Shown: positions 62,881 to 64,000 of the stretch, one piece after another
How positions within the stretch are numbered: position 1 is the stretch's first letter
Layout of the letters: the number at the start of each line of letters is the position of its first letter
From: Gnetum montanum
Taxonomy: Eukaryota > Plantae > Gnetophyta
DNA length: 64,000 nucleotides
Assembly: GCA_015680685.1 (NCBI GenBank)
Contig: MNCI01002989.1
Coordinates: forward strand, 331,484 to 395,483
Direction: 5' to 3'
Notes under the pieces: generated by a model
What the model was told of the DNA's origin: nothing
What the model saw: only the letters and a program-made list of their open reading frames with translations
Database searches by the model: none
Program-made: the position numbers and the translations under genes

Positions 62881-64000
62881 GTACGCTACTCTTAACTCTT
62901 TTTTCAAAATTAATATTTCTTTGGAAATCCTTGAGTTTGCCTTAGCAATGTTAAGTCTTTTTGGAGTATTTGTATTTTGGCAGTATAAATTTAAACAGTT
63001 CACACATTTGGTTCTCGGAGAATTCTTTCTTCCAGCTCTGAAGTGTATCTGTTTTCAGGATTCTTTAAAAAAAATATTTTGATTCTGTGCTTTAAAAGAG
63101 CATGCTATGGTAAGGGTATAAAACGTTTTTAGGTTTTCAACAATTGTGAGATTGGTTCTAGCTTTGAGATGTGAGAGAAAGAGGTGTCCACTGCAATACC
63201 TTGGACAAATCTTGCATGATGAAGGCAAGTGGATACGAGGTTTTTAATGACCAGTTGACAATTCTTACCTGTGGGTTTTTTCTTATTTGTTTGTGTTGAA
63301 GTTTCGATTACTAACACAAGCCCTTAAGATCGAATTAAATTAAATGAAAAATGCTGGATCGAAGAATATGCTTATATGATACAAAATTATTTTTAGTACA
63401 GAATATGGTTATTTTTCTGTACGTTCACTGATATATGGATTTCGTGTTTCTATCCGTTACTGCATCCTATGAGAAGTCTCTAATGTATCTGTTCTCTAAT
63501 GTATCTGTTACTTTGCTAGATGAACTTTCTTCTTTGAACTAACTATTTTATATCACGGACTCTTATTGAATAATCTGTATTTGATTCTATTTCATTGAAT
63601 TGTATCATTTCTCTGCATCACACCCTTTTGCTTTGATACCTGATCATTGTGTCCGTTCTGTTGTACCCTCTACATCTAGTGCCAAAGATTAATGATCTAG
63701 CTCCCCTTGATCGACGATAACGATTTTGCTTTTATTGATTAACAAAGGTGTTTACTAGTTCAATGGATAAATAGTCCTCTATACTTTGTCTAACCATTAT
63801 ATTATGGATAAACAATTATTCATACTTGAGGATGGGTCGCCACACTAGACAGTTTGTTTGTGCAATTAATCTATAAGATCTTAATAATATTGAACTTGTG
63901 TGACTATTGTATGGAGACTAAACGATTGACGTCCTGCATAATACTTCGCAATTTGGATGTAGGCTTATTTGACGCTCTGCATAATATCTCTATATTTAGG

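Overview
Eukaryotic land-plant nuclear DNA (GT-AG introns, plant retroelements); no prokaryotic features. Positions 1-26.7 kb are a nest of Ty3/gypsy LTR retrotransposons: (i) the end of an LTR (1-308); (ii) an Ogre/Tat-like element on the minus strand with gag and protease but no visible RT/RNaseH/integrase. Where pol would be expected, it has a hairpin-repeat array and a convergent, intron-containing gene whose N-terminus resembles an FCP1/NIF (HAD) phosphatase domain with a non-catalytic motif I. This element is inserted head-to-head into the gag of an older relative; (iii) the 3' end of an Athila-like element; (iv) a full-length but degenerate 11.5-kb Athila-like element inserted into a related LTR. 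Positions 27.7-64 kb hold the first 23 coding exons (2514 nt, 838 codons, phases consistent) of THO2 (THO/TREX subunit 2), which continues past the window. Its introns are inflated by a copia element, an older copia remnant, a sense L1-type LINE with poly(A) tail and 10-bp TSD, a LINE 3' fragment and tRNA-like relics. All family assignments are from motif recognition, not database searches.
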